From Halocafeteria seosinensis (taxonomy: Eukaryota): a stretch of DNA of 44,102 bases. Under the pieces are notes generated by a model, which was given only the letters and a program-made list of their open reading frames with translations, had not been told where the DNA came from and did not search any database. Shown one piece after another: positions 35,601 through 44,102 of this stretch; within the stretch, counting starts at the first letter, position 1; every line of letters starts with the position of its first letter. Both the position numbers and the translations under genes were made by a program. The stretch is from contig LVLI01000173.1 of NCBI GenBank assembly GCA_001687465.1, forward strand, positions 124,001 to 168,102, written 5' to 3'.

Positions 35601-36010
35601 GGGCTGCGCTCGTTATATTCTTCTCCCAAACTCCAGCTCGGCTTCTCTTGCTCATCAACACCCCCACGGGCAATCTTCTGCTCATTCCCGATCGGAGTAA
35701 CTTTAGCAGCCACAGTGGAACTTCGAGTAGTTGCTTTATCACCTTGAACCAAGGTGCATTGGTGATGCCCCACTAACGGACAATACCCCCTCAAGGTGGA
35801 GGAGTCAGTGCCAGAATTCCACTTCTGTGCCACTTCATTTAGTAGTACAGCTTGTCCGTCGTGACGATGGAGCGCACCGCATTCCTCATGATGAGCTGTA
35901 CGTTTGCTACTGCATTGTTCCATAGTGGAGAGAACTCTGCTTGAATACTGCCGTTTAGCACAGTCGCCACAGGCACAGTGGGGTTCCTGTCCCGCTGGCA
36001 TCACCTGCAT
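26633..36010 (-). CDS. Giant six-module GLUG-like type-I membrane protein, copy A (~3125 aa from first ATG)
   Basis: Uninterrupted 9.4-kb ORF. The ORF track start at 36067 is TTG and the first ATG is at 36010. Modules start near 35235 (RDLREV), 34090 (SDIRSF), 33012 (GDRRAS), 31560 (RDMADS), 30432 (QDLRTS) and 29282 (GDRRQM). An S/T stalk, TM ILAPSLIAGFILLLFLFIGY (~27678-27743) and a ~345-aa tail follow. Confidence 0.92.
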   Translation of the reverse strand: MQVMPAGQEPHCACGDCAKRQYSSRVLSTMEQCSSKRTAHHEECGALHRHDGQAVLLNEVAQKWNSGTDSSTLRGYCPLVGHHQCTLVQGDKATTRSSTVAAKVTPIGNEQKIARGGVDEQEKPSWSLGEEYNERSPPHDRQLFRKHESIASCLTYDSLRTSATRRSTCVSTIDPAGRNDVSKVEQEGSLEHDAGGYKNPSGWKRVLFLSALVTILLSDLIKATTKRQRQRKPLFKHPASSIHICFLAVLTSSYQSVCSRDLREVVLANNSSCIVFDPGEKMFLLQCDFSWSAFGYTSDDYIQLTLNETFEGNDYIIDLERTDAFKGLFEVGQHVTSFEEAPLIRNVHLEHGSIEPQAGYILRNGQTFGKILSCSSTGEITDGGGGICGANCGHGGGRVKITNSFSHGQVNGKGSGGIVGQKAASNRGRLEVIRSFSRGNIGCPGSGGILGKLAASDEGLVFVWECYSTGMIQADGGGICGSSCGSNGGTVSIKDCYSTGDLLWGDVGGICGANPGMSGGIIQIENVYSSGERQDPPARRLERTDSPIEISHPQIYIRFSAPSPEKLIGNNAAYISCSIGNADSLNAIQGSLLHSFGLQRWSDNIWMVPTNDRFPELQFQKHNVSSGDPQPNSLSRTHYRSDIRSFVNDEGIVPCLMYNISTYTFEQTCSFLWSDYFDPSSFITLNAGEAFDGGGYEIALQCVDGFEGIFVVNSSVSSVREAPIIRNVHTRDGQTGDNGSFLVRSWQRFFRMESCSSSGTSAGTNSGGLCGRRCGSSGGHIEILDSISTGAIEGDGAGGITGSEPSAWGGYAAISRSSSSGRIKGGGAGGVCGSFAAKNGTAQIEQCYTIGYAIGDRSGGISGSFAASSDGMLGVRNSYTTGDIKGDYSGGILGGYTAVWNGSVSITNCYASGDMYEKVGGGILGSMETGSPDVELKYSVSWSQPVVGFGSSPRIVGLARNVSMIQGKLYKLNGVSRWPSDVWMHRNTEPPIFWFQARTGDRRASVIAGRDPCFEYRKCSGEKIENLEAVIVLKMDCHWKDSNYTDDAYISLRADETIDGGHSVINLSATSEFAGLFAIDRSVDSIDKAPMVRDVATVNGIVADTGGFILREETQYAIVFGCSSTGAINGWGAGGICGYKCGSRGHVQIMTCSSFGEITGDHAGGIVGSDFASENGVGIVSGAMRSPTRGTVSMSSSSPCDAPAEPLASSTHEDGLEGLSNSMSNGHVQGYKAGGIAGSDTGKSKGSVCIFRSASLGNIEGTSSGGIVGDNAGLERGSVTVSQAYSEGSIKCRGGGGICGADTGANGGSVEIRNSYSRGDILGKEAGGLCGHRAGIDGGRLLIHTSYASGMVKEEDRSGGMLATVSDGLNIWRPAEHVEIKYSVSSPPISGQSTGELITVSEGNSDDLDDIDSRLYQFGENVQWSSAIWQCVMDEPPILSFQDRELPTLRPLLDRKSRLECASARHPPVSRELVQQQSVSADEARDMADSFRDNDDECIHYNGSKLLFQLVCENLVWREYNQGKAYITLAPGEVFDGNNHRINLWTIKTFRGLFAISNWGIHRFSEAPRIINLHTDGGKTVPGGGFIVRKGQTNFTVDSCSSSGTIDRLGGGIAGCNTTGGEFDYRPSKAVLSNCYSTGKIGGDGAGGIVGARAGRSFKGKVAISKSYSTGAIEDGGSGGIIGQASGSVEISECFSLGNIGSESGGIGGQKTGTGTNPGTTIADSYSRGEISGWKSGGILGKKTGLVSIERAYASGSIVDGAAGIMWEAIDSVNIKLAVALPPLFSEGFQNITATGNSDQLSSIRGQLYNVSSAASEYRWSETIWVAGSAGEFPYLRYQIGESANSSLSHLSRDEWPQVRQDLRTSVLDGTEISECITYEHAIRRFQLTCDFEWGRYYSGSMYLSLKAYEIFEGNNYLIHLSDSKQFNGIFSVDRESVTSFDEAPIIRNVGTVGGATNTDGGFILRKNQMFAVIECCGSRGTIGGVNYPGGGGICGSKCGSYGGHVVIRKSTSFGNITGDGAGGIVGREAGAHRGRIDIENCYSGEDGGDILGSQAGGILGKRAASDNGTVVVLASFSAGAIKGQGSGGICGGDLGSYHGVGSILDCYTTGIISGDEAGGISGAQTASHGGQVLILNSYASGKTEGNSSGGLVGFLGVSVGRSIQIRNSLYCAPPVADANITGKFVQLENSDGLSAVNDSLNIPGGIVAKWSNDTWHKEGDSLPILKFEKEEYNTSCGRPLLTGDRRQMITHQGKEGCISHLPEEMLFVLTCSFRWRDVYDNEAYISLRKNETFEGNDYEMDMRSVFEFSGLIGGDTSNSVEVPRSSLSIRQLENSGDSNTNNGYGTITVQNVHMKNGGTSSGGGFIVQGGPGNFVIENSSSTGYIARRAGGICGENAGGKGGHVQVVNSSSTGTIGARGGGIFGRRTAEDGGFADVNSCSSTGTIHGENAGGICGSLAGANKGLVRVFQSFSEGEVKSVSGGGIVGPRSAFDHGSVYISQCYTNGNISGLFSGGIAGSSAARRYGHLIIVNSYTTGCTVGEAAGGICGWGTGLHGGNVTVRNVYSSGYPDIHSGPVFGTVAVPMKSVFDSQFTEPNLVELKFSVYRGENRRTPSCEVANQTILIERGNSPNLEDITGQLYVHDNLWSWSEDIWTVHQYDEPPALAFEGKQPVPRPSQSSSPSISPSASFPATTITAMVSSSGTPVTKRMISATPISTVGISSATSTVSSTMANESSDGGTSLGQERSAADPQSTVSAILAPSLIAGFILLLFLFIGYRRTRNQTLSKKFRDPSELYATQLGIPTSKFTVSSGDMDARPSAIGQSAVSSSSSVGTRKSNTGSLIQGQQSAVRTKNITGEENVAHLNPLSSSSSRALPSVEMDRDRKRTQATSKAQEQTLKARIVEYVSSSQISTGNTSADDPELGAAATVDDSTIPQVMFVDLETYASPASKVKVVSINKPNVGEGRKSVSGNCTVQVALASSIDKSDMRTADRMKLKLRQWKARLLAEPPPLVEVKVNNDEDGETKRNQAVAAAAGLPQLQYARKRGSIRSSISAEAKHERYNSHKGLNKGRGAKKEFAQTLPSGPGNTKDDSSEPVEPGDTNAPSSTPVNLRSVRKGRRARRK

Positions 36011-36701
36011 TTCGATACACACAACGTTATGCACTCTATTCCAAAAAGTCTCCGTTCGTGTAACCAATAAACTATCCTATGGCAAAAATATAGCCTATAT
36101 ACTGTAGCCCAGGGACTTCATGTACGCCACGAATGAAAAAAGTTGTTGAAGGTCGCATGCCTGCTTGCGATCAAGACCGTGTGAAACATGGAGACGCGAG
36201 ATATCTTCTTAAAGAAAAAGGATGCAAAGGAAAACAGGTTTCTTCAGCTATGTCTACCAGTAGGTAAAACATGAGACATGCAAGGAGAAGGCCGGCCCAA
36301 GGGAGAAAGGAAGTTTTAACGGCTCGCAAAGTGGAGCCGTTAAGCGGCTCGGCAAACCACAACAACAGCACCAGCATGCTGCCATAGATGGCAACCAACC
36401 ACCACTACTGGAAGTTCGGTTTTGTGTTCTAGATATTCTGATCATACGCTCAAAACTTCGCGCGACCAAGATACGGGCACTCTTGGGTACCGACAGCGCG
36501 GCGGAGAGGGAGTCACACGGGCAAAAGGCTCACCAGAAGCATATACAGTATAGGTACAATAACCACGGTACAAAGCACAAGATCGTACAAGGCAGGTGCG
36601 TGCGTACGTCATCGCTGGTTTGCCACTCTAAAGAATTTCAGCAAAAAAAAGATGCTTCAACCGATTCCCCAACGGTAGGTCACGAACGACTCACCAACAC
36701 C

Positions 36702-39700
36702 CTACTTCACCTGAGTCCGTCGGCTACCTTGTCGCATGTCTCTCAAGCTTAGCCTTGCCGATTTCTTCAGGGAGTTTGAAGCAGTACTGCCGAATTTCAA
36801 AGCACCATCGTCCGTCTCCGACACGTCGTACTCCGAAATAGCAGAACCAGACGGAAGTGCTTGTCCAAATTCTTTCTTTGCAACTTTTTTCCTTTTAAAT
36901 CCCCTACTGGAATTGTAATGCTGGTTTGTAGCGTCAGCGGAGAATGGATTTCTTCCCTTTTTCGTCCCATACTGACACTGGGTAACCGGTTGTGCCCGCT
37001 TTTTCTCTTCTCGATCAGAGTTATCCTCCTTTTCCATTTCTATCTCAACCAAAGGCGGTGGTTCCGCCAATACCCTCGCCTTCCACTGCCGGATTCTAAG
37101 CTTCATTGTATCCGCTCTTCGCATGTCTGGATTCTCGATCGAACTTGCCAATGCAACTTGAATAGTCCCCCCTGAAGATTTGTGGCCTTGTCTTACGTTT
37201 GGTGTGTTGACAGATACAACCTTTACGGTGCTTGACTCGGGTCCGCGAGATGCCAAATCAACAAACTTCACCTGAGGTATAGCAGAATCATCCACAGCCG
37301 TGGGAGATCCAATTTCCGCGTCTGTTGTGGATGCTTTCCCGGTTAGAATGTTAGAGGGTTTCAGACGTTTAATAACCCTGGCGCTCTGCTTCTCCTCTTG
37401 GGGTTTGGCTGTTGTTTGAGTTTGCTGCTTGTCTCGATCCATACTAGGGGACTGGACTGCTCGACTCGGAACGGATGCGAGCGGATTGGCATGCGCTATA
37501 CTCCCTTCCTCGAGCACAACATCCTTGCGTTGGACGCCAGACTGTTGCACATGGTTTACGCGGCTACTCTTACTTTGCCAAGCCATCAGACTGAAGCTAC
37601 TCGAAACGGCATCGCCTACAGTCACTGGTACTGCTCCCATATCGCCTGAAGAAATACTGAATTTGTTAGCCGGGATACCCAAATGGACAGCGTATAATTC
37701 CGCAGGGTCTCTGACATTCTTAGCAATAATCTGGTTGCGGGTGCGTCGGTAGATAATGAAAAAAAGAAGCACCAATGCTAGCCCTATGATAAAGCCTGGA
37801 GGTAGAACTGTGGAAACTGGGACGGGTTCACCAACTGTAGGCCACCCTTCTCGTATAGAGCCAGTATCATCGGAGGTCGTTCCGTTTCTCCCAGTCCTAG
37901 ATGGACTTCCAGTTGTAATAATGGACGGTGTACTTGATTGGGAAACCGTAACAGTTCCCGTTGCCTTTACAGTAGATGAGGGGCTCGGGGAAATGGATGG
38001 AGAATTGCTTGAAGCTGGAGCAGTTTTCTTTCCTTCGAAGGCTAATGAAGGTGGTCTATCGTGTCGGTATATCATCCAAACATCTTCAGACCAACGTTGC
38101 AAATTCGCGAACACGTAAAGTCGACCAACGATGTCGCCGACAGTTGGAGAGTTCCCCTTCTGCACTAAAACAGTCTGATTAGTCGCTTCAAAACTTGGTG
38201 CCCTCCCATTGTTTCCTCGATACACCGAAAACTTCAGCTCCACCAAGTTAGGTTCAGTGAACTGACTGTCAAAGACGGACTTCATCGGCACTGCAACACT
38301 TCCAAATACAGGTCCAGAATGAATATCGGGATAGCCTGATGAATAAACATTACGAACTGTAATATTTCCCCCATGGAGACCTGTACCCCACCCGCAAATT
38401 CCTCCAGCGGCTTCACCAACAATACCTCCTGTAGTATAGCTGTTCACGATAATCAGGTGTCCATATCTCCGGGCAGCCGAGCTACCAGCAATCCCACCAC
38501 TGAAAAGCCCGCGGATATTCCCATTTGTATAGCACTGAGATATGTACACCGAACCATGGTCAAACGCAGGCCGTGGTCCAACTATCCCGCCACCCGAGAC
38601 AGACTTCACTTCTCCTTCCGAGAACGACTGAAACACGCGTACCAACCCTCTGTTGGCACCAGCTAGACTACCGCAAATTCCGCCTGAATTTTCCCCATGG
38701 ATCGTCCCAGTTGAGGAACAACTATTCACGTCAGCAATGCCTCCATTTTCTGCAGCCCGTCGACCAAATATTCCTCCGCCACGAGCACCAATGGTCCCAG
38801 TTGAGGATGAATTTACAACCTGCACATGCCCTCCATTTCCTCCGGTATTTTCGCCGCATATACCCCCAGCGCGACGAGCTATATATCCTGTAGAGCTAGA
38901 ATTCTCGATGACGAAATTGCCTGGACCGCCTTGGACAATGAACCCGCCTCCAGAAGATGTCCCTCCGTTCTTCATATGCACATTCTGCACTGTTATGGTT
39001 CCGCAATCGCTTTTGGTGTTAGAATCCCCCGAATTCTCCAATTGGCGGATTGATAAAGATAAACGTGGAAACTCAACACTGTTACTGGTATCACCACCAA
39101 TTAACCCTAGAAACTCAAACACACTCCTCATGTCAATTTCATAGTCATTTCCCTCGAATGTTTCGTTCTTCCTCAAAGATATATAAGCCTCGTTGTCGTA
39201 AACGTCCCTCCATCGAAATGAGCACGTCAGCACAAATAGCATTTCCTCAGGGAGATAAGAAATGCATCCTTCGTTTCCCTGACGTATTATCATTTGTCGA
39301 CGGTCACCGGTCAATAGAGGTCTCCCGCAGCTAGTGTTATATTCCTCTTTCTCAAACATTAGAATCGGTAAACTATAGCCTGCTTTATGCCAAGTATCAT
39401 TCGACCATTTTGCCACTATTCCGCCAGGAATATTGAGACTATCATTCACTGCAGACAGCTCGTCGGAGTTTTCTAGTTGAACAAATTTCCCAGTCATGTT
39501 TGCATCGGCAACTGGTGGCGCACAGTATAAAGAGTTCTTAATCTGGATGGACCTACCAACACTAACACCCAAGAAGCCAACGAGCCCACCACTGCTAGTG
39601 CCTTCTGTTTTTCCAGATGCGTAACTATTCAAAATAAGAACCTGTCCTCCATGGCTAGCCGTTTGTGCTCCAGATATTCCTCCTGCTTCATCACCTGAGA

Positions 39701-42700
39701 TGATACCGGTTGTATAGCAATCTAATATGCTGCCGACACCGTGATAGGATCCTAAGTCCCCACCACATATCCCACCGCTTCCCTGTCCCTTTATGGACCC
39801 CGCAGAGAACGAGGCTAAAACAACGACTGTCCCATTGTCTGAAGCCGCTCGCTTGCCTAAAATGCCACCCGCTTGGGAACCTAGAATGTCCCCTTCGTCT
39901 TCTCCACTGTAACAATTCTCAATGTCGATACGACCTCGGTGAGCTCCAGCTTCCCTACCAGCTATCCCTCCTGCTCCATCACCTGTAATGTTACCGAACG
40001 AGGTGGATTTCCGAATAACAACGTGCCCTCCATAGCTTCCACATTTTGATCCACAAATCCCTCCACCTCCCGGATAGTTGACTCCACCAATGGTCCCTCT
40101 CGAACCACAACACTCAATTACAGCAAACGTTTGATTCTTTCGAAGAATGAACCCTCCGTCCGTATTTGTGGCACCGCCGACAGTTCCAACATTCCTAATA
40201 ATTGGCGCTTCGTCAAACGAGGTCACGCTTTGACGGTCCACCGAAAATATGCCGTTGAATTGCTTGCTGTCACTAAGATGGATTAGATAGTTGTTTCCCT
40301 CAAATACCTCATATGCTTTCAACGAGAGATACATGCTTCCGCTATAGTACCTTCCCCATTCGAAATCGCAAGTCAATTGAAACCTCCTTATAGCATGCTC
40401 ATACGTTATACACCCCGATATTTCAGTTCCATCCAAGACTGAGGTCCGCAGATCTTGTCGAACTTGGGGCCACTCGTCTCGGGATAAATGAGGAAGAGAT
40501 GAGTTGGCGGATTCCCCGATTTGGTAACGCAAATATGGGAACTCACCCGCGGGCCCGGCCACCCAGATCGTCTCAGACCATCTATGTTCAGACGCTGCAG
40601 ACGATACGCTGTACAATTGCCCTCTAATTGAACTCAACTGATCTGAATTACCCGTCGCAGTAACGTTTTGAAACCCCTCTGAGAATAAAGGAGGCAGCGC
40701 AACCGCTAACTTGATATTGACCGAATCAATTGCTTCCCACATGATTCCTGCGGCGCCGTCAACGATACTTCCAGAAGCATAAGCCCGCTCTACCGAGACT
40801 AAACCAGTCTTCTTGCTAAGGATACCCCCTGATTTCCAACCACTGATTTCTCCACGTGAGTACGAGTCTGCGATTGTAGTGCCAGGGTTCGTACCCGTAC
40901 CCGTCTTTTGACCTCCTATCCCACCACTCTCACTTCCAATATTACCCACAGAAAAACATTCCGATATCTCTACGGAGCCCGATGCTTGTCCAATGATTCC
41001 GCCGCTGCCACCGTCTTCTATAGCGCCTGTCGAGTACGATTTTGAAATCGCTACCTTCCCTTTGAACGAACGACCAGCCCGGGCACCCACTATGCCTCCT
41101 GCTCCATCACCTCCTATTTTCCCAGTCGAGTAGCAGTTGGACAACACAGCTTTACTTGGTCGATAATCAAACTCACCACCAGCGGTATTACGCCCAGCGA
41201 TTCCACCCCCCAAACGATCTATCGTACCGGAGGAGCTACATGAATCAACTGTAAAATTGGTTTGACCTTTACGTACGATAAACCCGCCCCCGGGAACCGT
41301 CTTGCCACCGTCAGTATGTAAGTTGATGATGCGCGGTGCCTCACTAAACCGATGAATTCCCCAATTACTGATTGCAAACAATCCTCTGAAGGTTTTTATA
41401 GTCCAAAGATTAATGCGATGATTATTTCCATCAAAGACTTCTCCAGGAGCGAGAGTAATGTATGCCTTCCCTTGGTTATATTTTCGCCACACAAGGTTCT
41501 CGCAAACCAGTTGAAACAATAGTTTACTACCATTGTAGTGAATGCACTCATCGTCGTTGTCTCGAAAAGAGTCAGCCATATCCCGAGCCTCATCTGCGGA
41601 TATGCTTTGTTGTTGGACCAGTTCTCGGGGTACCGGCGGATGCCGTGCCGACGCACACTCCAAACGAGATTTCCGATCAAACAGCTGACGAAGAGTGGGC
41701 AACTCCCGATCCTGAAAAGACAGGATAGGAGGCTCGTCCATTACACACTGCCAAATAGCGCTAGACCATTGTACGTTCTCTCCAAATTGATACAGACAAC
41801 TATCAATATCATCTAGATCATCTGAATTGCCTTCGGAGACAGTAATCAGTTCCCCCGTGCTTTGGCCAGAAATGGGTGGAGAAGAGACGGAGTACTTAAT
41901 TTCTACATGCTCTGCTGGCCTCCATTTGTTAAGCCCATCGGATACTGTCGCCAACATTCCACCACTTCGATCTTCTTCTTTGATCATGCCAGAAGCGTAA
42001 CTCGTGTGAATCAGTAGCCTGCCTCCATCGATTCCAGCGCGATGCCCGCAGAGACCACCGGCTTCCTTCCCCAATATATCACCACGTGAATAGGAATTGC
42101 GAATTTCCACGCTTCCACCGTTCGCTCCTGTATCAGCTCCACAGATGCCCCCACCTCCTCTACACTTAATGCTACCTTCCGAGTACGCTTGCGAAACCGT
42201 TACACTCCCGCGCTCCAGCCCGGCGTTGTCGCCGACAATACCGCCACTGTAAGTTCCTTCGATGTTTCCTAGTGAAGCCGAACGGAAGATACACACGTTC
42301 CCTTTTGATTTACCGGTATCACTTCCCGCGATACCACCTGCTTTGTAGCCTTGAACGTGGCCATTCGACATAGAGTTTGAGAGTCCTTCTAGACCATCTT
42401 CGTGAGTAGAGGACGCCAGAGGCTCCGCAGGGCCGTCACATGGAGACGAAGAACTCATACTAACGGTACCTCTTGTGGGTGACCGCATGGCACCCGAAAC
42501 TATACCGACGCCATTCTCAGAGGCAAAATCGCTACCCACAATCCCTCCGGCATTATCTCCCGTGATCTCTCCGAACGAAGAGCACGTCGTGATTTGAACG
42601 TGTCCTTTTGAGCCACATTTGTACCCGCATATACCACCGGCACCCCAACCGTTAATAGCCCCAGTTGAACTACAACCAAAGACTATCGCATACTGCGTTT

Positions 42701-44102
42701 CTTCCCTCAGTATGAAACCACCTGTATCGGCAACGATACCATTTACTGTTGCAACATCTCGGACCATAGGAGCCTTTTCAATGGAGTCAACCGACCGGTC
42801 GATGGCAAACAGCCCCGCAAATTCCGACGGTGCCGACAGATCGATGACACGATGCCCACCATCAATTGTCTCATAAGCGCGCAGTGAAATATATGCATCA
42901 TCAGTGTAATTTGAATCCTTCCAGTGACAGTCCATTTTCAAAACGATTACAGCCTCAAGGTTTTCTATTTTTTCCCTCGAAAACTTCCTGTATTCGAAGC
43001 ACGGATCCCTTCCGGCAATCACTGAAGCCCTTCTGTCCCCTGTTCTTGCCTGAAACCAAAAGATTGGCGGCTCTGTGTTCCTATGCATCCAAACGTCACT
43101 ACGCCAACGAGATACGCCATTCAATTTGTATAGCTCTCCTTGAATCATGCTTACATTACGTGCAGGACCTACAATCCGCGGGGAGGACCCAAATCCCACA
43201 ACCGGTTGAGACCATGAAACCGAGTATCTCAGTTCAACGTCCGGGGAGCCAGTTTCCATACTGCCTAGAATTCCACCACCAACTTTTTCATACATATCTC
43301 CCGAAGCATAACAATTTGTGACGGACACGCTACCATTCCGAACCGCAGTGTAGCCTCCGAGTATACCACCTGAATAGTCTCCCTTAATATCACCTGTAGT
43401 GTAACTGTTCCGAACCCCTAGCATGCCATCCGAGGATGCCGCGAACGAACCACTGATGCCGCCGCTCCTATCACCGATAGCATAGCCAATTGTATGGCAC
43501 TGCTCAATTTGTGCTGTGCCATTCTTAGCCACAAACGAACCGCATACTCCTCCAGCACCACGACCTTTTATCCTTCCACTGGAAGATGACCGGTTTATTG
43601 CAGCATAGCCTCCCCAGGCGCTTGGTTCCGAACCAGTTATGCCACCAGCTCCGTCCCCTTCAATTGCTCCAGTGGAAATTGAGTCAAGAATTTCGATATG
43701 TCCTCCACGAGATCCACACCCACGACCACATAGTCCACCGCTGTTAGTGCCTGCAATAGTTCCCGAAGAGCTGCATGATTCCATTCTGAAAAATCTCTGC
43801 CAGCTTCGCACGAGAAACGACCCATTATCCCCCGTTTGTCCATCTCTTGTATGGACCTTTCGAATAATCGGTGCTTCTCTGACAGACGAAACGCTGCTAT
43901 TTACAACAAATATCCCTTTGAATCCATCAACACATTGGAGAGCAATTTCATAACCCCCACCATCGAACGCCTCACCAGCATTCAGCGTAATGAATGAGCT
44001 CGGATCGAAATAATCACTCCAGAGGAAGCTGCAAGTTTGCTCAAACGTGTATGTAGATATATTGTACATTAAACAAGGCACAATACCCTCATCGTTTACG
44101 AA
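36702..44102 (-). CDS. Giant GLUG-like type-I membrane protein, copy B (5' end beyond the window; modules 2-6, stalk, TM and tail visible)
   Basis: ORF is open to the window edge and colinear with copy A at a constant 10,027-nt offset. TM VLPPGFIIGLALVLLFFIIY (~37750-37810). Confidence 0.92.
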   Translation of the reverse strand, partial: FVNDEGIVPCLMYNISTYTFEQTCSFLWSDYFDPSSFITLNAGEAFDGGGYEIALQCVDGFKGIFVVNSSVSSVREAPIIRKVHTRDGQTGDNGSFLVRSWQRFFRMESCSSSGTIAGTNSGGLCGRGCGSRGGHIEILDSISTGAIEGDGAGGITGSEPSAWGGYAAINRSSSSGRIKGRGAGGVCGSFVAKNGTAQIEQCHTIGYAIGDRSGGISGSFAASSDGMLGVRNSYTTGDIKGDYSGGILGGYTAVRNGSVSVTNCYASGDMYEKVGGGILGSMETGSPDVELRYSVSWSQPVVGFGSSPRIVGPARNVSMIQGELYKLNGVSRWRSDVWMHRNTEPPIFWFQARTGDRRASVIAGRDPCFEYRKFSREKIENLEAVIVLKMDCHWKDSNYTDDAYISLRAYETIDGGHRVIDLSAPSEFAGLFAIDRSVDSIEKAPMVRDVATVNGIVADTGGFILREETQYAIVFGCSSTGAINGWGAGGICGYKCGSKGHVQITTCSSFGEITGDNAGGIVGSDFASENGVGIVSGAMRSPTRGTVSMSSSSPCDGPAEPLASSTHEDGLEGLSNSMSNGHVQGYKAGGIAGSDTGKSKGNVCIFRSASLGNIEGTYSGGIVGDNAGLERGSVTVSQAYSEGSIKCRGGGGICGADTGANGGSVEIRNSYSRGDILGKEAGGLCGHRAGIDGGRLLIHTSYASGMIKEEDRSGGMLATVSDGLNKWRPAEHVEIKYSVSSPPISGQSTGELITVSEGNSDDLDDIDSCLYQFGENVQWSSAIWQCVMDEPPILSFQDRELPTLRQLFDRKSRLECASARHPPVPRELVQQQSISADEARDMADSFRDNDDECIHYNGSKLLFQLVCENLVWRKYNQGKAYITLAPGEVFDGNNHRINLWTIKTFRGLFAISNWGIHRFSEAPRIINLHTDGGKTVPGGGFIVRKGQTNFTVDSCSSSGTIDRLGGGIAGRNTAGGEFDYRPSKAVLSNCYSTGKIGGDGAGGIVGARAGRSFKGKVAISKSYSTGAIEDGGSGGIIGQASGSVEISECFSVGNIGSESGGIGGQKTGTGTNPGTTIADSYSRGEISGWKSGGILSKKTGLVSVERAYASGSIVDGAAGIMWEAIDSVNIKLAVALPPLFSEGFQNVTATGNSDQLSSIRGQLYSVSSAASEHRWSETIWVAGPAGEFPYLRYQIGESANSSLPHLSRDEWPQVRQDLRTSVLDGTEISGCITYEHAIRRFQLTCDFEWGRYYSGSMYLSLKAYEVFEGNNYLIHLSDSKQFNGIFSVDRQSVTSFDEAPIIRNVGTVGGATNTDGGFILRKNQTFAVIECCGSRGTIGGVNYPGGGGICGSKCGSYGGHVVIRKSTSFGNITGDGAGGIAGREAGAHRGRIDIENCYSGEDEGDILGSQAGGILGKRAASDNGTVVVLASFSAGSIKGQGSGGICGGDLGSYHGVGSILDCYTTGIISGDEAGGISGAQTASHGGQVLILNSYASGKTEGTSSGGLVGFLGVSVGRSIQIKNSLYCAPPVADANMTGKFVQLENSDELSAVNDSLNIPGGIVAKWSNDTWHKAGYSLPILMFEKEEYNTSCGRPLLTGDRRQMIIRQGNEGCISYLPEEMLFVLTCSFRWRDVYDNEAYISLRKNETFEGNDYEIDMRSVFEFLGLIGGDTSNSVEFPRLSLSIRQLENSGDSNTKSDCGTITVQNVHMKNGGTSSGGGFIVQGGPGNFVIENSSSTGYIARRAGGICGENTGGNGGHVQVVNSSSTGTIGARGGGIFGRRAAENGGIADVNSCSSTGTIHGENSGGICGSLAGANRGLVRVFQSFSEGEVKSVSGGGIVGPRPAFDHGSVYISQCYTNGNIRGLFSGGIAGSSAARRYGHLIIVNSYTTGGIVGEAAGGICGWGTGLHGGNITVRNVYSSGYPDIHSGPVFGSVAVPMKSVFDSQFTEPNLVELKFSVYRGNNGRAPSFEATNQTVLVQKGNSPTVGDIVGRLYVFANLQRWSEDVWMIYRHDRPPSLAFEGKKTAPASSNSPSISPSPSSTVKATGTVTVSQSSTPSIITTGSPSRTGRNGTTSDDTGSIREGWPTVGEPVPVSTVLPPGFIIGLALVLLFFIIYRRTRNQIIAKNVRDPAELYAVHLGIPANKFSISSGDMGAVPVTVGDAVSSSFSLMAWQSKSSRVNHVQQSGVQRKDVVLEEGSIAHANPLASVPSRAVQSPSMDRDKQQTQTTAKPQEEKQSARVIKRLKPSNILTGKASTTDAEIGSPTAVDDSAIPQVKFVDLASRGPESSTVKVVSVNTPNVRQGHKSSGGTIQVALASSIENPDMRRADTMKLRIRQWKARVLAEPPPLVEIEMEKEDNSDREEKKRAQPVTQCQYGTKKGRNPFSADATNQHYNSSRGFKRKKVAKKEFGQALPSGSAISEYDVSETDDGALKFGSTASNSLKKSARLSLRDMRQGSRRTQVK
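38216..44102. repeat. Near-identical direct repeat of 28189-34075 (>=5.9 kb, ~97% by spot checks)
   Basis: Offset is 10,027 at both ends (28191/38218 and 34021/44048). Sampled 60-nt lines show 1-4 substitutions each. Confidence 0.95.

Noticed and set aside
36171..36398. 75-aa hydrophobic ORF between the two giants
   Set aside because: Short, no recognisable family, and it overlaps the probable UTR/promoter. It cannot be supported as a gene or upstream exon without RNA data.
26633..44102. Tandem giants as a pure assembly artefact of two alleles
   Set aside because: The stalks, TMs and tails are strongly divergent and both frames are intact. Long reads are still needed to exclude a chimeric join.

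Overview
Eukaryotic, intron-containing DNA with short 57-88 nt GT-AG introns, most likely from a protist (a stramenopile affinity is inferred, not proven). The window is dominated by a clustered family of four large cell-surface or secreted proteins built from a ~350-450 aa Gly-rich GLUG-like (beta-helix-type) module. (1) A 32-exon gene (62-9914, minus strand) that the ORF track fragments: 29 one-repeat-per-exon LRR exons, all bounded by phase-2 introns, spliced onto a single 5.15-kb exon carrying 3 GLUG-like modules, a TM helix and a cytoplasmic tail. (2) A single-module protein without a C-terminal TM helix (21463-23892, plus strand). (3, 4) Two tandem, apparently intronless multi-module type-I membrane giants (26633-36010 and 36702 to beyond 44102). 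These are about 97% identical by spot checks over the ectodomain but diverge abruptly from the end of the last module through the stalk, TM and tail. The three membrane members share ordered short motifs in their tails. Between these genes lie an internally duplicated Melted/VEPH1-like PH-domain gene, a 3-exon SLC22/OCT-like MFS transporter, and decayed gene relics. No RNA genes, CRISPR arrays or recognisable transposons were seen. Family assignments come from motif recognition, not database searches.
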